From the NCBI GenBank assembly GCA_902587565.1, contig CACILT010000005.1:10461-74460 (forward strand): DNA of 64,000 nt, read 5' to 3'. This document shows positions 9,993 through 18,253 of the stretch, piece after piece (the first letter of the stretch is position 1; the number at the start of each line of letters is the position of its first letter). Under the pieces are notes generated by a model that saw nothing but the letters and a program-made list of their open reading frames with translations, was not told where the DNA came from and searched no databases. The position numbers were made by a program, and so were the translations under genes. Source of the DNA: an uncultured Alphaproteobacteria bacterium (GTDB lineage Bacteria > Pseudomonadota > Alphaproteobacteria > HIMB59 > GCA-002718135).

Positions 9993-10535
9993 ATGGATTA
10001 TAGCAAATTTCCTAAACCGCAAAATGATGGAAAAGCTGATCATCTTTTAAATAAGTTTTTGCCAGATATTTCTCTTAAAAATCAACAGGGAAATCTATTA
10101 AAAATAAAAAGATCTGACACTTTTCGTTTAATTTTATATTTCTATCCTATGACAGGTAATCCAAATGAAAGTTTGCCTAAAAATTGGAATCAAACACCAG
10201 GAGCCATTGGCTGTACTGTAGAGACCTGCAGTTTTAGAGATAACTACGAAGAGTTAATTAAACTAAATGCGCTGCCTATAGGAGTATCGACTCAAACAAT
10301 AGATTATATTAAGGAAATGACAGATAGATTAGTAATCCCTTATGATGTTTTAAGCGATTCAGAAAATATTTTGCTCAATTCATTAAAAATGCCACATTTT
10401 GAAATTGAAAATAAAATTTATTTTAAAAGATTAACTCTTATTGTGGAAAAAAATATTGTTAAAAAAGTATTCTACCCTATTTTTCCTCCTAACAAACATA
10501 TAAATGAAATTCTACAATGGCTAAAATCAAACTAA
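9993..10535 (+). CDS. Peroxiredoxin, Bcp/AhpC-TSA-like
   Basis: Thioredoxin-fold protein with motif TPGAIGCTVETCSFRD (Bcp-type T-x-x-C with C-x4-C). There is an insertion, MTGNPNESLPKNWNQ, before the motif. Confidence 0.75.
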   Translation: MDYSKFPKPQNDGKADHLLNKFLPDISLKNQQGNLLKIKRSDTFRLILYFYPMTGNPNESLPKNWNQTPGAIGCTVETCSFRDNYEELIKLNALPIGVSTQTIDYIKEMTDRLVIPYDVLSDSENILLNSLKMPHFEIENKIYFKRLTLIVEKNIVKKVFYPIFPPNKHINEILQWLKSN

Positions 10536-10852
10536 CTATTTTTTTATTTTCTGTATTTTTGTTTTTTTCTAATCTATCAATAGCTAATCCAAATATAGAT
10601 CAATGGTTAGAATCAGAAAAGTCTTATAAGGATCTTATTAATGATGGATTTGAAGTAAAGAGTTACGCTATAAGTGATATAGAGGTTGGAAATGATTTAA
10701 TAATAATCTTATTTGTTACAGTTCTCCAAAAAGATAATGAATTATATGAGTGTCAGGAATATCAAACTATAGATAGAAATGTTGAGACTTTAGATATGAA
10801 CTTAATATGTAAAGAATTAGTTCAACCATATGAAAGAGGTATAGGAACTTAG
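10517..10852 (+). CDS. Hypothetical exported protein
   Basis: 111 aa with an N-terminal signal peptide (MAKIKLTIFLFSVFLFFSNLSIA|NP). No recognisable family. Overlaps the upstream gene by 19 nt. Confidence 0.5.
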   Translation: MAKIKLTIFLFSVFLFFSNLSIANPNIDQWLESEKSYKDLINDGFEVKSYAISDIEVGNDLIIILFVTVLQKDNELYECQEYQTIDRNVETLDMNLICKELVQPYERGIGT

Positions 10853-11430
10853 ATTCGTTCAATGTTTAAAAAAAACCATTGTAAAGCTATTAGTGTAAGT
10901 CCATTTAAAATTTCTTTTTTATTCATTTTTGTTTTTACTTCATCAAAACTATAACTTTTAACTAATATATCCTCATTTTCATTTTCTAGACCTCTTATTA
11001 TTTCTTTATCTGGAGCAATTACCTTGCCTAAAAAAAGATTATAAAAAGATTCAGATGATCCTGGGGCAGGAAAGTAACCTTGTATAGATGTAAGATTGCT
11101 CACTTCACATCCAGTTTCTTCCAAGCATTCTCTCTTTGCGGTATCTTCTGGAGTTTCACCAGGGTCAATTATTCCAGCAACTATTTCATCTAGATAATTT
11201 TCACTATCCTTAGAAATTGTCCCTGGCCTGAACTGTTGAATTAAAACAATTTTTTTATTAACAGGATCATATGGTAAGACTGCAGATACTTGTGCACCGC
11301 CAAATAATTCTCTTTTTATTTCATTACTCCAATTTCCATCATATTTTTTGTATTTAAGAGTAACTTCATTCATTTTAAAGAAACCGTCGTGAATATTCTT
11401 TTTATCTAAAATTTTAAATTTTGGACTCAT
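10849..11430 (-). CDS. NUDIX hydrolase (ADP-ribose pyrophosphatase-like)
   Basis: NUDIX box GIIDPGETPEDTAKRECLEETG (GX5EX7REUXEEXGU). 193 aa. Confidence 0.8.
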   Translation of the reverse strand: MSPKFKILDKKNIHDGFFKMNEVTLKYKKYDGNWSNEIKRELFGGAQVSAVLPYDPVNKKIVLIQQFRPGTISKDSENYLDEIVAGIIDPGETPEDTAKRECLEETGCEVSNLTSIQGYFPAPGSSESFYNLFLGKVIAPDKEIIRGLENENEDILVKSYSFDEVKTKMNKKEILNGLTLIALQWFFLNIERI

Positions 11431-11470
11431 AAAAATTGATATATTTTATATTACATATATATTTACAAGT

Positions 11471-11932
11471 ATGGAAAAAGCATTATTTGGTGCAGGTTGC
11501 TTCTGGGGTGTGGAAGAAACATTTTCTAAAACTCCTGGTGTAATAAATACCTTAGTTGGTTATTCTGGAGGTGATACTATTAACCCTTCTTATGAAAGTG
11601 TTTGCCAAGGAAATACAAATCATACTGAGGTTGTTTTAGTTGAATTTGATAATTCTAAAATATCTTATGAAGATCTTTTAATGGTTTTTTGGAAATGTCA
11701 TAATCCTACAACTTTAAACAGACAAGGTCCCGATATTGGAACACAATATAGGTCAGCGATATATTATTATAATGAAGATCAAAAAAATAAATCAATTAAT
11801 TCTAAAAATGAATACGCTAAAAGTGCAGGATTAAATATTGTTACTGAAATATCAATGGCTAAGGAATTCTATAAAGCTGAAGAATATCATCAAAAATATA
11901 TCCAAAAAACAGGTTTACACTGCACAATTTAG
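11471..11932 (+). CDS. msrA: Peptide-methionine (S)-S-oxide reductase
   Basis: Active-site motif GAGCFWGVE at the N-terminus, plus GNTNHTEVV and YHQKY. Confidence 0.92.
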   Translation: MEKALFGAGCFWGVEETFSKTPGVINTLVGYSGGDTINPSYESVCQGNTNHTEVVLVEFDNSKISYEDLLMVFWKCHNPTTLNRQGPDIGTQYRSAIYYYNEDQKNKSINSKNEYAKSAGLNIVTEISMAKEFYKAEEYHQKYIQKTGLHCTI

Positions 11933-11952
11933 ATTAATTCTTTAAGAAACCA

Positions 11953-12135
11953 ATGTCTGTAGATTTTTATTACGCATTTTTAACAGGCTGGTTAATACTT
12001 TTATTATTTTGGAGTACTATTGTTTTCTTTATATATTTGAGAAAACCTCCTAAATCCAAACTAACTAAAAGTTTTGTAATCAAATCCTATCTGTTTTTTT
12101 TGGCACTATTGTTTGTAATTTTATTTTTTCGGTAA
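11953..12135 (+). CDS. Small hypothetical membrane protein (60 aa)
   Basis: Two predicted hydrophobic helices. ATG 20 nt after msrA. No homology recognised, so it may be spurious. Confidence 0.35.
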   Translation: MSVDFYYAFLTGWLILLLFWSTIVFFIYLRKPPKSKLTKSFVIKSYLFFLALLFVILFFR

Positions 12136-12232
12136 ACCGATTCGTTTTTCTTATAAATTATGTATCAACATATAGTAGGTCAAAAAGATTAAGATACTAA
12201 CATATTGATAATTAACAACTTTTTTATATTTA

Positions 12233-12514
12233 ATGTTGAATACTGGTTTTTTCATAAATATAAACTACCTCGAAATTAATAAAATTATTATGTCTATATT
12301 AAAAAACTACTTTAAACAAAACAGTGTCATGCACAGTTTCTCAACTTGCCAATGGCCAATTGGAGATCCACAAGAGAAAGATTTTCATTTTTGTGAAGCT
12401 CATACCGTTGCTGGAAAGCCTTATTGTCAGAGTCACTGTGATGTTGCCTATATTGACGAAAAAGAGCTTAAAAAAGAAAAAGAAGCTCAAAAAAATCGTC
12501 GTATTGCTGCTTAA
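12233..12514 (+). CDS. GcrA C-terminal-domain protein (short; N-terminal DNA-binding domain absent)
   Basis: CQWPIGDPQEKDFHFCEAHTVAGKPYCQSHCDVAY matches the conserved GcrA C-terminal motif (C-x-WPIGDP..F.FCG...PYC..H...AY). The likely true start is ATG 12290 (MSILKNY). Only about 15-35 aa precede the domain. Confidence 0.65.
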   Translation: MLNTGFFININYLEINKIIMSILKNYFKQNSVMHSFSTCQWPIGDPQEKDFHFCEAHTVAGKPYCQSHCDVAYIDEKELKKEKEAQKNRRIAA

Positions 12515-12601
12515 GTCAAACTCTACAAATTATTTCCTCATTAAATGTTAATAATTTAGAGTTATTGACATAAGGGGTGTTTTTCTTAAAATAATAATAT
12601 T

Positions 12602-13786
12602 ATGTTATTCAGTGTACTGAAAAAACTTAACTTTGACGGAACATTAGAAATCATAGACTCTAATGATAAGATTTATAAATTTGGAAATTCAAATCCTCAC
12701 GTTTGTATAAGATTAAAAAACAAATCTATTGAAAGAAAGCTATTTTTAAATCCTAATCTTCATATAGGTGAAGCATATATGAATGAGGAGTTAGTTGTTG
12801 AAAAAGGCACTATAGAAGACTTTCTTAATTTAATAACTAATTGTTACGATGACTTCATTTCTAACAATAAGCTTTATAAATTTTATGAGTATTTATCTTC
12901 TATTTTTATGCCACTTCAGCAAATTAATCAGCTTGTAAATTCAAAAAAAAATGTAGCACACCACTACGATATAAATGAGGATTTATATAAGCTATTTCTC
13001 GATCAGGATATGCAATATTCTTGTGCATATTTTCACAATCCCAATATGAGCTTAGATCAAGCGCAGAAAGATAAAAAACAACATATAATTAAAAAACTAC
13101 AAATTACAGAAAATATGAATGTGCTTGATATTGGATGTGGTTGGGGTGGAATGGCAATTGAAATAGCAAAATCTACTGGAGCCAAAGTAAAGGGAATTAC
13201 ACTCTCAGAAAATCAATTTAAGACTGCTTCTGAAAGAGCACAAAAAGAGGGCTTGAGTGACAAAGTTTCTTTTGCATTACAAGATTATAGAAATGAGATT
13301 GAAAAATATGACCGTATAGTATCAGTTGGAATGTTTGAGCATGTTGGTGTAAAATATTTTAAAACTTATTTAAGTAAAGCTAATGAAATTCTGAAAGAAA
13401 ATGGTGTTTTTCTTTTACATACAATTGGTCAAAGAGGCAAACCAACAGCTACAAGTCCTTGGATAAGAAAATACATTTTTCCTGGTGGTTATATTCCATC
13501 ATTATCTGAAGTAATGAATGAAACACAAAAACTAAATATAAATGTTACAGATGTTGAAGTACTTAGACTACATTATGCTCACACACTTTCTAAATGGTAT
13601 CAAAATGTAATGGAAAATAAGGATAAAATTATAAAGATGTTTGATCAACGTTTCTTTAGAATGTGGGAGTTTTATCTTTTGGCAAGTAAGTATTCCTTTA
13701 TTAATATGGGCAATGTTGTTTTTCAAATACAAATAGCAAAGAATATTGACAATTTGCCTCTCACGAGAAATTATATCTACAATTAA
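12602..13786 (+). CDS. cfa: Cyclopropane-fatty-acyl-phospholipid synthase family SAM-dependent methyltransferase
   Basis: SAM motif VLDIGCGWGGMA, plus HYD..NE.Y..FLD..M.YSCAYF and MFEHVG, all typical of the CFA/mycolic-acid synthase family. 394 aa. Confidence 0.82.
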   Translation: MLFSVLKKLNFDGTLEIIDSNDKIYKFGNSNPHVCIRLKNKSIERKLFLNPNLHIGEAYMNEELVVEKGTIEDFLNLITNCYDDFISNNKLYKFYEYLSSIFMPLQQINQLVNSKKNVAHHYDINEDLYKLFLDQDMQYSCAYFHNPNMSLDQAQKDKKQHIIKKLQITENMNVLDIGCGWGGMAIEIAKSTGAKVKGITLSENQFKTASERAQKEGLSDKVSFALQDYRNEIEKYDRIVSVGMFEHVGVKYFKTYLSKANEILKENGVFLLHTIGQRGKPTATSPWIRKYIFPGGYIPSLSEVMNETQKLNINVTDVEVLRLHYAHTLSKWYQNVMENKDKIIKMFDQRFFRMWEFYLLASKYSFINMGNVVFQIQIAKNIDNLPLTRNYIYN

Positions 13787-13836
13787 GCTCTTTATATTTA
13801 TTGAATTTCCAATACAGGTGATGTAATCCTCTAATT

Positions 13837-14862
13837 ATGGCACAATCACTAAACAATTATATTATTAGAGCATCAATATTTTTAGTCGCTACTTTTGTTA
13901 TTGTTGTTTTATTATACCCAGTCTTACAAAATGCTTTTTTATCAAATATCTTTATTAATATTATAATTTTATTAGCCTTATTAACTGGAATTGTATTTAA
14001 TTTTTTTCATCTCATTAATTTAAATTATAAGTATATAGCTTATTCCAACTTCAATATTACTAACTCTATAGAAGCATTTTCAACATTAAGTGGTCAGGAT
14101 AAAAATATTTCTCTTGAATTAAAAAATATTGATGGAAAATTTCTTTTTAAAAGTTCATCAATAAATAGATTGATAGAAAATTCAGACATGACTTTAATTA
14201 GTATAAGAGAAACTTCTCGTTACTTAGTTGGACTGTTAGTCTTTTTAGGGCTTCTTGGAACCTTTTGGGGTCTACTTAAAACTATTGGATCTGTTGGTAA
14301 TGTTATTAGTGGTTTAGGAATAGACGATACAAATGTTGCAGGTTTTTTTAATTCCCTTAAAGATGGTTTAAATGCTCCACTAGAAGGAATGAGTATTGCC
14401 TTTAGTAGTTCATTGTTAGGTTTAGCAGGCTCTTTAATATTAGGATTACTTGACCTAAATCTTGGTCAAGCACAAAATAAATTTAGTCAATACTTTGAAA
14501 AAATACTAAATTCTAACTCATCTCCAGATTTTTCCAAAGTTGAAGATAAACCAACTGGTGAAGCAATTCAAAAAATTTATGATAACTTAGAAAATCTTTT
14601 AAATGCTTTTAAAAAATCATCTGAAAATCAAACTAAAATTTCGAAAAATTTAGATAAATTTAATGAAACACTTAATAAAATAAATTCAAATTCATCCAGT
14701 CTTGATAAACAATTATCAAATTTTTTATCTTCCCAGTTAAACACACAGTCTTCTCTTATGAACTTAACAGAAGCTTTAAGTAAAAATGGAATATTAGAAG
14801 CAAAAAAAGTTAAAGAGTATTTTCAGAATATTGAAAAAGAATTAAAGAAAATTAAAAAATAA
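13837..14862 (+). CDS. MotA/TolQ/ExbB-family proton-channel-like membrane protein with C-terminal coiled-coil tail
   Basis: 2+2 TM topology. Channel signatures LGLLGTFWGLLKT and GMSIAFSSSLLGLAGSLILGLL. About 130 aa of S/N/K/L-rich tail follows TM4. Confidence 0.75.
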   Translation: MAQSLNNYIIRASIFLVATFVIVVLLYPVLQNAFLSNIFINIIILLALLTGIVFNFFHLINLNYKYIAYSNFNITNSIEAFSTLSGQDKNISLELKNIDGKFLFKSSSINRLIENSDMTLISIRETSRYLVGLLVFLGLLGTFWGLLKTIGSVGNVISGLGIDDTNVAGFFNSLKDGLNAPLEGMSIAFSSSLLGLAGSLILGLLDLNLGQAQNKFSQYFEKILNSNSSPDFSKVEDKPTGEAIQKIYDNLENLLNAFKKSSENQTKISKNLDKFNETLNKINSNSSSLDKQLSNFLSSQLNTQSSLMNLTEALSKNGILEAKKVKEYFQNIEKELKKIKK

Positions 14863-14864
14863 TA

Positions 14865-16631
14865 ATGTCTACTAGGTCTTTAAGAAATAGACTTGCTGAT
14901 ACAACAAATATTTGGCCAGGTTTTGTAGATGTTTTAGCGACTTTACTGATTGTAATTATCTTTGTGTTAATGGTTTTTACAGTCTCACAAATATACTTAA
15001 GTGATGCTATATCAGGAAGAGATAAAGCACTCCAAGATTTAAGATCACAAATTAATGAACTTTCAAAAATATTAATTATTGAAACTAAAGACAAAGAAGA
15101 AGCCCTTTCAGATCTCTCAGAAACGGAGAAACAACTTGAAGATACGCAATCAAATTTACAAAGTGAACAGTTATTAAGTGAACAATTACAAACAGATGTA
15201 GCAAAAAAACGATCAGAAATATTTGTTCAAGAGCAGAATATCATTGCCTTATCAGAGCAAATTAGCAGTCTTCTTAAAGAGTTAAGAATAGTTGCAAATG
15301 CTTTAGAAACGTACGAAGGACAAGAAATTGCTTTACTCGAAACTGAAGGACTGGGAGAAAGAATCAATAAAGCACTAGCAACAAGGATTGATCAGCTTAA
15401 AATACTTAATCAAGAATTAGATAATGCTAATTATAAACTAATAGAAAGTGAAAAATCTCTTAAAGCAACAATTTCAGAATTAAATGAAAAGAATAATAAT
15501 TTAATGGCAATCAACGAAAGTTTGGGTTTAGAGGATGTAGGAATTGAAGAACAATTGTTGGCAATAAAAAACAAAAATGAGGAACTACTAAATTTAAATA
15601 ACGAGTTAGAGAAAACAAATATTGAATTGTCTTTAAGAGATGAAGAATTACAAAATCAAATATCTCAATATCAACAATTAATGAATGATCTATTAGAAAT
15701 TAATGATACTCTTGGCTTAAAAGATGCATCACTTAATGAACAACTTGATGCAATTAGATTTAAAAATGAAGAACTAGCAAGATTAAATAAAGACTTATTA
15801 AAGAAAGATAATACCATTTTTAATCTACGTGGAAAAATTTCTGAATTAAATAGTGTACTTTCTTTGTCTGAAGAAAAACAAAAACAGCAACTTGAAAAAC
15901 TTGAACTCCTCCAAAATGAAATTGCTTCATTAGAAGAAGAGAATCAAGCACAAAAAGAAACGTCAATTGAGGAAATTGAAAAAATGGAAATACAGGCTTC
16001 AAAAACATTAGAACAGGTAGAAATTCTTTCGGATCAAATTGATACTTTGCAAAAAGAAATAGCTTTACTTAATAGTGCTCTAGAAGCGAGTGAAAGTCAG
16101 GCTTTAATTAAGGATTTAGAAATTGAAGTACTCGGTGAAAAATTAAACAAAGCCCTTACATCTAAAGTATTTGAGCTCCAAAAATATAGATCTGAGTTTT
16201 TCGGAAAATTACAAGCTATTTTAGGTGAGAGAAAAGATATTAAAATTGTAGGAGATAGATTTATTTTTGAATCAGAGCTATTATTTGATTCTGCTTCAGC
16301 AGATTTACAACTAACTGGTAAAGAAAAGTTAAGTGAAATTGGCCTTACTTTAAAAGAGACTACTAATGATATCCCATCAGATATTGATTGGATTATAATG
16401 GTAGAAGGACATACTGACAAACGACCTATACAGACAATAAGATATCCATCTAACTGGGAACTATCTTCAGCTAGAGCTAATACAGTTTTAAAACTTCTTC
16501 TTGATCTTGGTTTTCCACCAAATAGATTAGCATCGGCAGGATATGGAGAGTTTTACCCTATAAGTGAAGGAGAAACTGAGAGTGATCTGCAGCAAAATAG
16601 AAGGATTGAATTAAAACTCACTTCTCGCTAA
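14865..16631 (+). CDS. MotB/OmpA-like peptidoglycan-binding protein with ~380-aa coiled-coil insert
   Basis: The N-terminal TM segment WPGFVDVLATLLIVIIFVLMVF is MotB-type with an Asp at residue 22. Residues ~50-440 are heptad-rich E/K/L/Q/N. The C-terminal OmpA domain carries RFIFESELLFDSASADL, VEGHTDKRP, SNWELSSARA and NRRIELKL. The ATG lies 2 nt after the upstream stop. Confidence 0.8.
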   Translation: MSTRSLRNRLADTTNIWPGFVDVLATLLIVIIFVLMVFTVSQIYLSDAISGRDKALQDLRSQINELSKILIIETKDKEEALSDLSETEKQLEDTQSNLQSEQLLSEQLQTDVAKKRSEIFVQEQNIIALSEQISSLLKELRIVANALETYEGQEIALLETEGLGERINKALATRIDQLKILNQELDNANYKLIESEKSLKATISELNEKNNNLMAINESLGLEDVGIEEQLLAIKNKNEELLNLNNELEKTNIELSLRDEELQNQISQYQQLMNDLLEINDTLGLKDASLNEQLDAIRFKNEELARLNKDLLKKDNTIFNLRGKISELNSVLSLSEEKQKQQLEKLELLQNEIASLEEENQAQKETSIEEIEKMEIQASKTLEQVEILSDQIDTLQKEIALLNSALEASESQALIKDLEIEVLGEKLNKALTSKVFELQKYRSEFFGKLQAILGERKDIKIVGDRFIFESELLFDSASADLQLTGKEKLSEIGLTLKETTNDIPSDIDWIIMVEGHTDKRPIQTIRYPSNWELSSARANTVLKLLLDLGFPPNRLASAGYGEFYPISEGETESDLQQNRRIELKLTSR

Positions 16632-16672
16632 TTTGCCTTAAATTTAACATAAACTGATCATAAAAAATCGAT

Positions 16673-17176
16673 ATGAGATTATTAATTTTTTTTATTTTTA
16701 GTTTCTTCAGCTCATTATCTGTATTTGCTGCTTGTAGTGATCAGCCAGCAAATGAGGTCGATTGGACAAATTGTAATTTTGTAGAAAATCTAGATCTTTC
16801 TGGTACTGGTTTGGCAAACTCTCAAATGTCAGGAGTAAATTTATCTTTATCTAATTTTGAAAAATCTCAGCTTAACAACTCAAATTTATCTATTGGTAAT
16901 TTTATATTCTCAAATTTTAGTAACTCCAATTTATATGCTTCAAATTTACAAGGAGCAAATTGCAATAATGCTAATTTTGACAATGCAAATCTTGCGAAAG
17001 TAAACTTTGAAGGATCTAACCTTTTTGGAGCAACTTTTAAAGGTGCAAATCTCTATGAGGCAAACCTACTCGGTGCTAATATTTCAGGTGCAATGTTTGA
17101 TGAAGCAAATTTGTCAAATGCAGTTTGGGTAGATGGTAAAAAATGTGCTCTTGGATCTATAGGCAGTTGCCAATAA
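16673..17176 (+). CDS. Exported pentapeptide-repeat protein (possible lipoprotein)
   Basis: Signal peptide MRLLIFFIFSFFSSLSVFAAC (Cys21 is a possible lipobox Cys). About 25 consecutive A(N/D)LxX pentapeptides follow, for example ANLYEANLLGANISGAMFDEANLSNA. Confidence 0.85.
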   Translation: MRLLIFFIFSFFSSLSVFAACSDQPANEVDWTNCNFVENLDLSGTGLANSQMSGVNLSLSNFEKSQLNNSNLSIGNFIFSNFSNSNLYASNLQGANCNNANFDNANLAKVNFEGSNLFGATFKGANLYEANLLGANISGAMFDEANLSNAVWVDGKKCALGSIGSCQ

Positions 17177-17304
17177 TTTTTCTGTTTCTTTTTTTAGCAA
17201 GTTGTAAAATGTCAACTGTGTCAGGAATTCAAAAAAATGATGATAATAAAGTTAACTTTAAAATCTCAGGTAGCAAAGAAACAGGAATCCAAATAAATAA
17301 CTAA
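17143..17304 (+). CDS. Small putative lipoprotein (53 aa), not in the ORF track
   Basis: My own translation from ATG 17143 gives MCSWIYRQLPIIFLFLFLASCKMSTVSGIQKNDDNKVNFKISGSKETGIQINN, ending at TAA 17302-17304. It has a basic residue, a hydrophobic core and an L-A-S-C lipobox. It fills an otherwise unusually long 174-nt gap. Confidence 0.4.
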   Translation: MCSWIYRQLPIIFLFLFLASCKMSTVSGIQKNDDNKVNFKISGSKETGIQINN

Positions 17305-17350
17305 AATATTAATTTACTTTTATTGTATTTAATGATTTGACCTTTTAATA

Positions 17351-18253
17351 ATGAGTCAAAATACTTATTTGTATGCTTTTTGTGTAGTTTTTCTTGCTGG
17401 AATTTTTTGGAGTTTTGGAGCGTTGACTGTAAGATATATGGTTGATGGTCATCAATATGTTTTTCAATATTTATTTTATAGGGGCTTAACTATTTCAATT
17501 ATACTTCTTATATATTTATTTTTTCGGGAAGGATTTGATTTTTATAAAAATTTTCTCAAAATAGGAATACCATCTATACTTGGAGGGTTATTCCTAGCAA
17601 CAGCTTTTACTGGATTCATTTTTTCTATTACTATGACGACCGCTGCCGTTACATTATTTATGTTAGCAGCCATGCCTTTCATTGCAGCCATTGTTGGTTA
17701 TTTTGTTCTTGGCGAAATACTAAAAAGATCAACATTAATTGCAATGGTTGTGGCATTTATAGGTGTGTGCGTGATGATTATAAATGACAGTATTTCTGGA
17801 ACTGCTTTAGGTGCAATAATAGGATTTATTTCTGCAACTGGTTTTGCGTTATACACGGTAACAATAAGATGGAAACCTGAAACACCAAAATTCACAACAG
17901 TTGTTTTAGCGGGAATATTTTGTACAATATTTGCGTTCTTTATTTTAGGTTTTTCTTTTGAACCTTTAATTTTGATGCCTGAAATAAATAGTTATTTGAG
18001 TATACTTCATGGAATAATTGTTGCAGTCGGCTTAATACTTTACAGTCTTGGAGCAAAATATCTACCCTCAGCTGAGCTAGCACTTTTATCGTTAATGGAA
18101 GTTGTTGGAGGAATTCTGTGGGTTTGGCTTCCTATTTTTGGAATAAATGAAGTACCAAGTACAACTGTAATAATTGGAGGTTTCATAATCACTTTAGCTG
18201 TAGTTTATTATGGTTTTGCTGCTAGGCAGATTGATATCAATATTAAAACTTAA
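17351..18253 (+). CDS. EamA/DMT-family transporter
   Basis: 300 aa with about 10 TM helices and a two-EamA-repeat architecture. Confidence 0.85.
   Translation: MSQNTYLYAFCVVFLAGIFWSFGALTVRYMVDGHQYVFQYLFYRGLTISIILLIYLFFREGFDFYKNFLKIGIPSILGGLFLATAFTGFIFSITMTTAAVTLFMLAAMPFIAAIVGYFVLGEILKRSTLIAMVVAFIGVCVMIINDSISGTALGAIIGFISATGFALYTVTIRWKPETPKFTTVVLAGIFCTIFAFFILGFSFEPLILMPEINSYLSILHGIIVAVGLILYSLGAKYLPSAELALLSLMEVVGGILWVWLPIFGINEVPSTTVIIGGFIITLAVVYYGFAARQIDINIKT

Noticed and set aside
12136-12289. CtrA-box-like (TTAA…TAAC) and GANTC (GATTC, at about 12140) sites upstream of the GcrA-domain gene.
   Set aside because: The spacings do not fit TTAA-N7-TTAAC, and such short AT-rich motifs are expected by chance in this composition.
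12565-12592. A sigma70-like TTGACA-16 nt-TAAAAT upstream of the cfa-like gene.
   Set aside because: The match is good, but it lies only 9 nt from the ATG. Promoter-like hexamers are abundant in AT-rich DNA, and it is not supportable without transcription-start-site data.
13837-16631. The MotA/MotB-like pair as a Zorya (ZorAB) anti-phage system.
   Set aside because: In Zorya the long tail is on the A subunit, and ZorC/D or ZorE effector genes follow. Here the long coiled coil is on the B subunit, the A tail is short, and the downstream genes are a pentapeptide-repeat protein, a mini-lipoprotein and a transporter. There is no nuclease or helicase.
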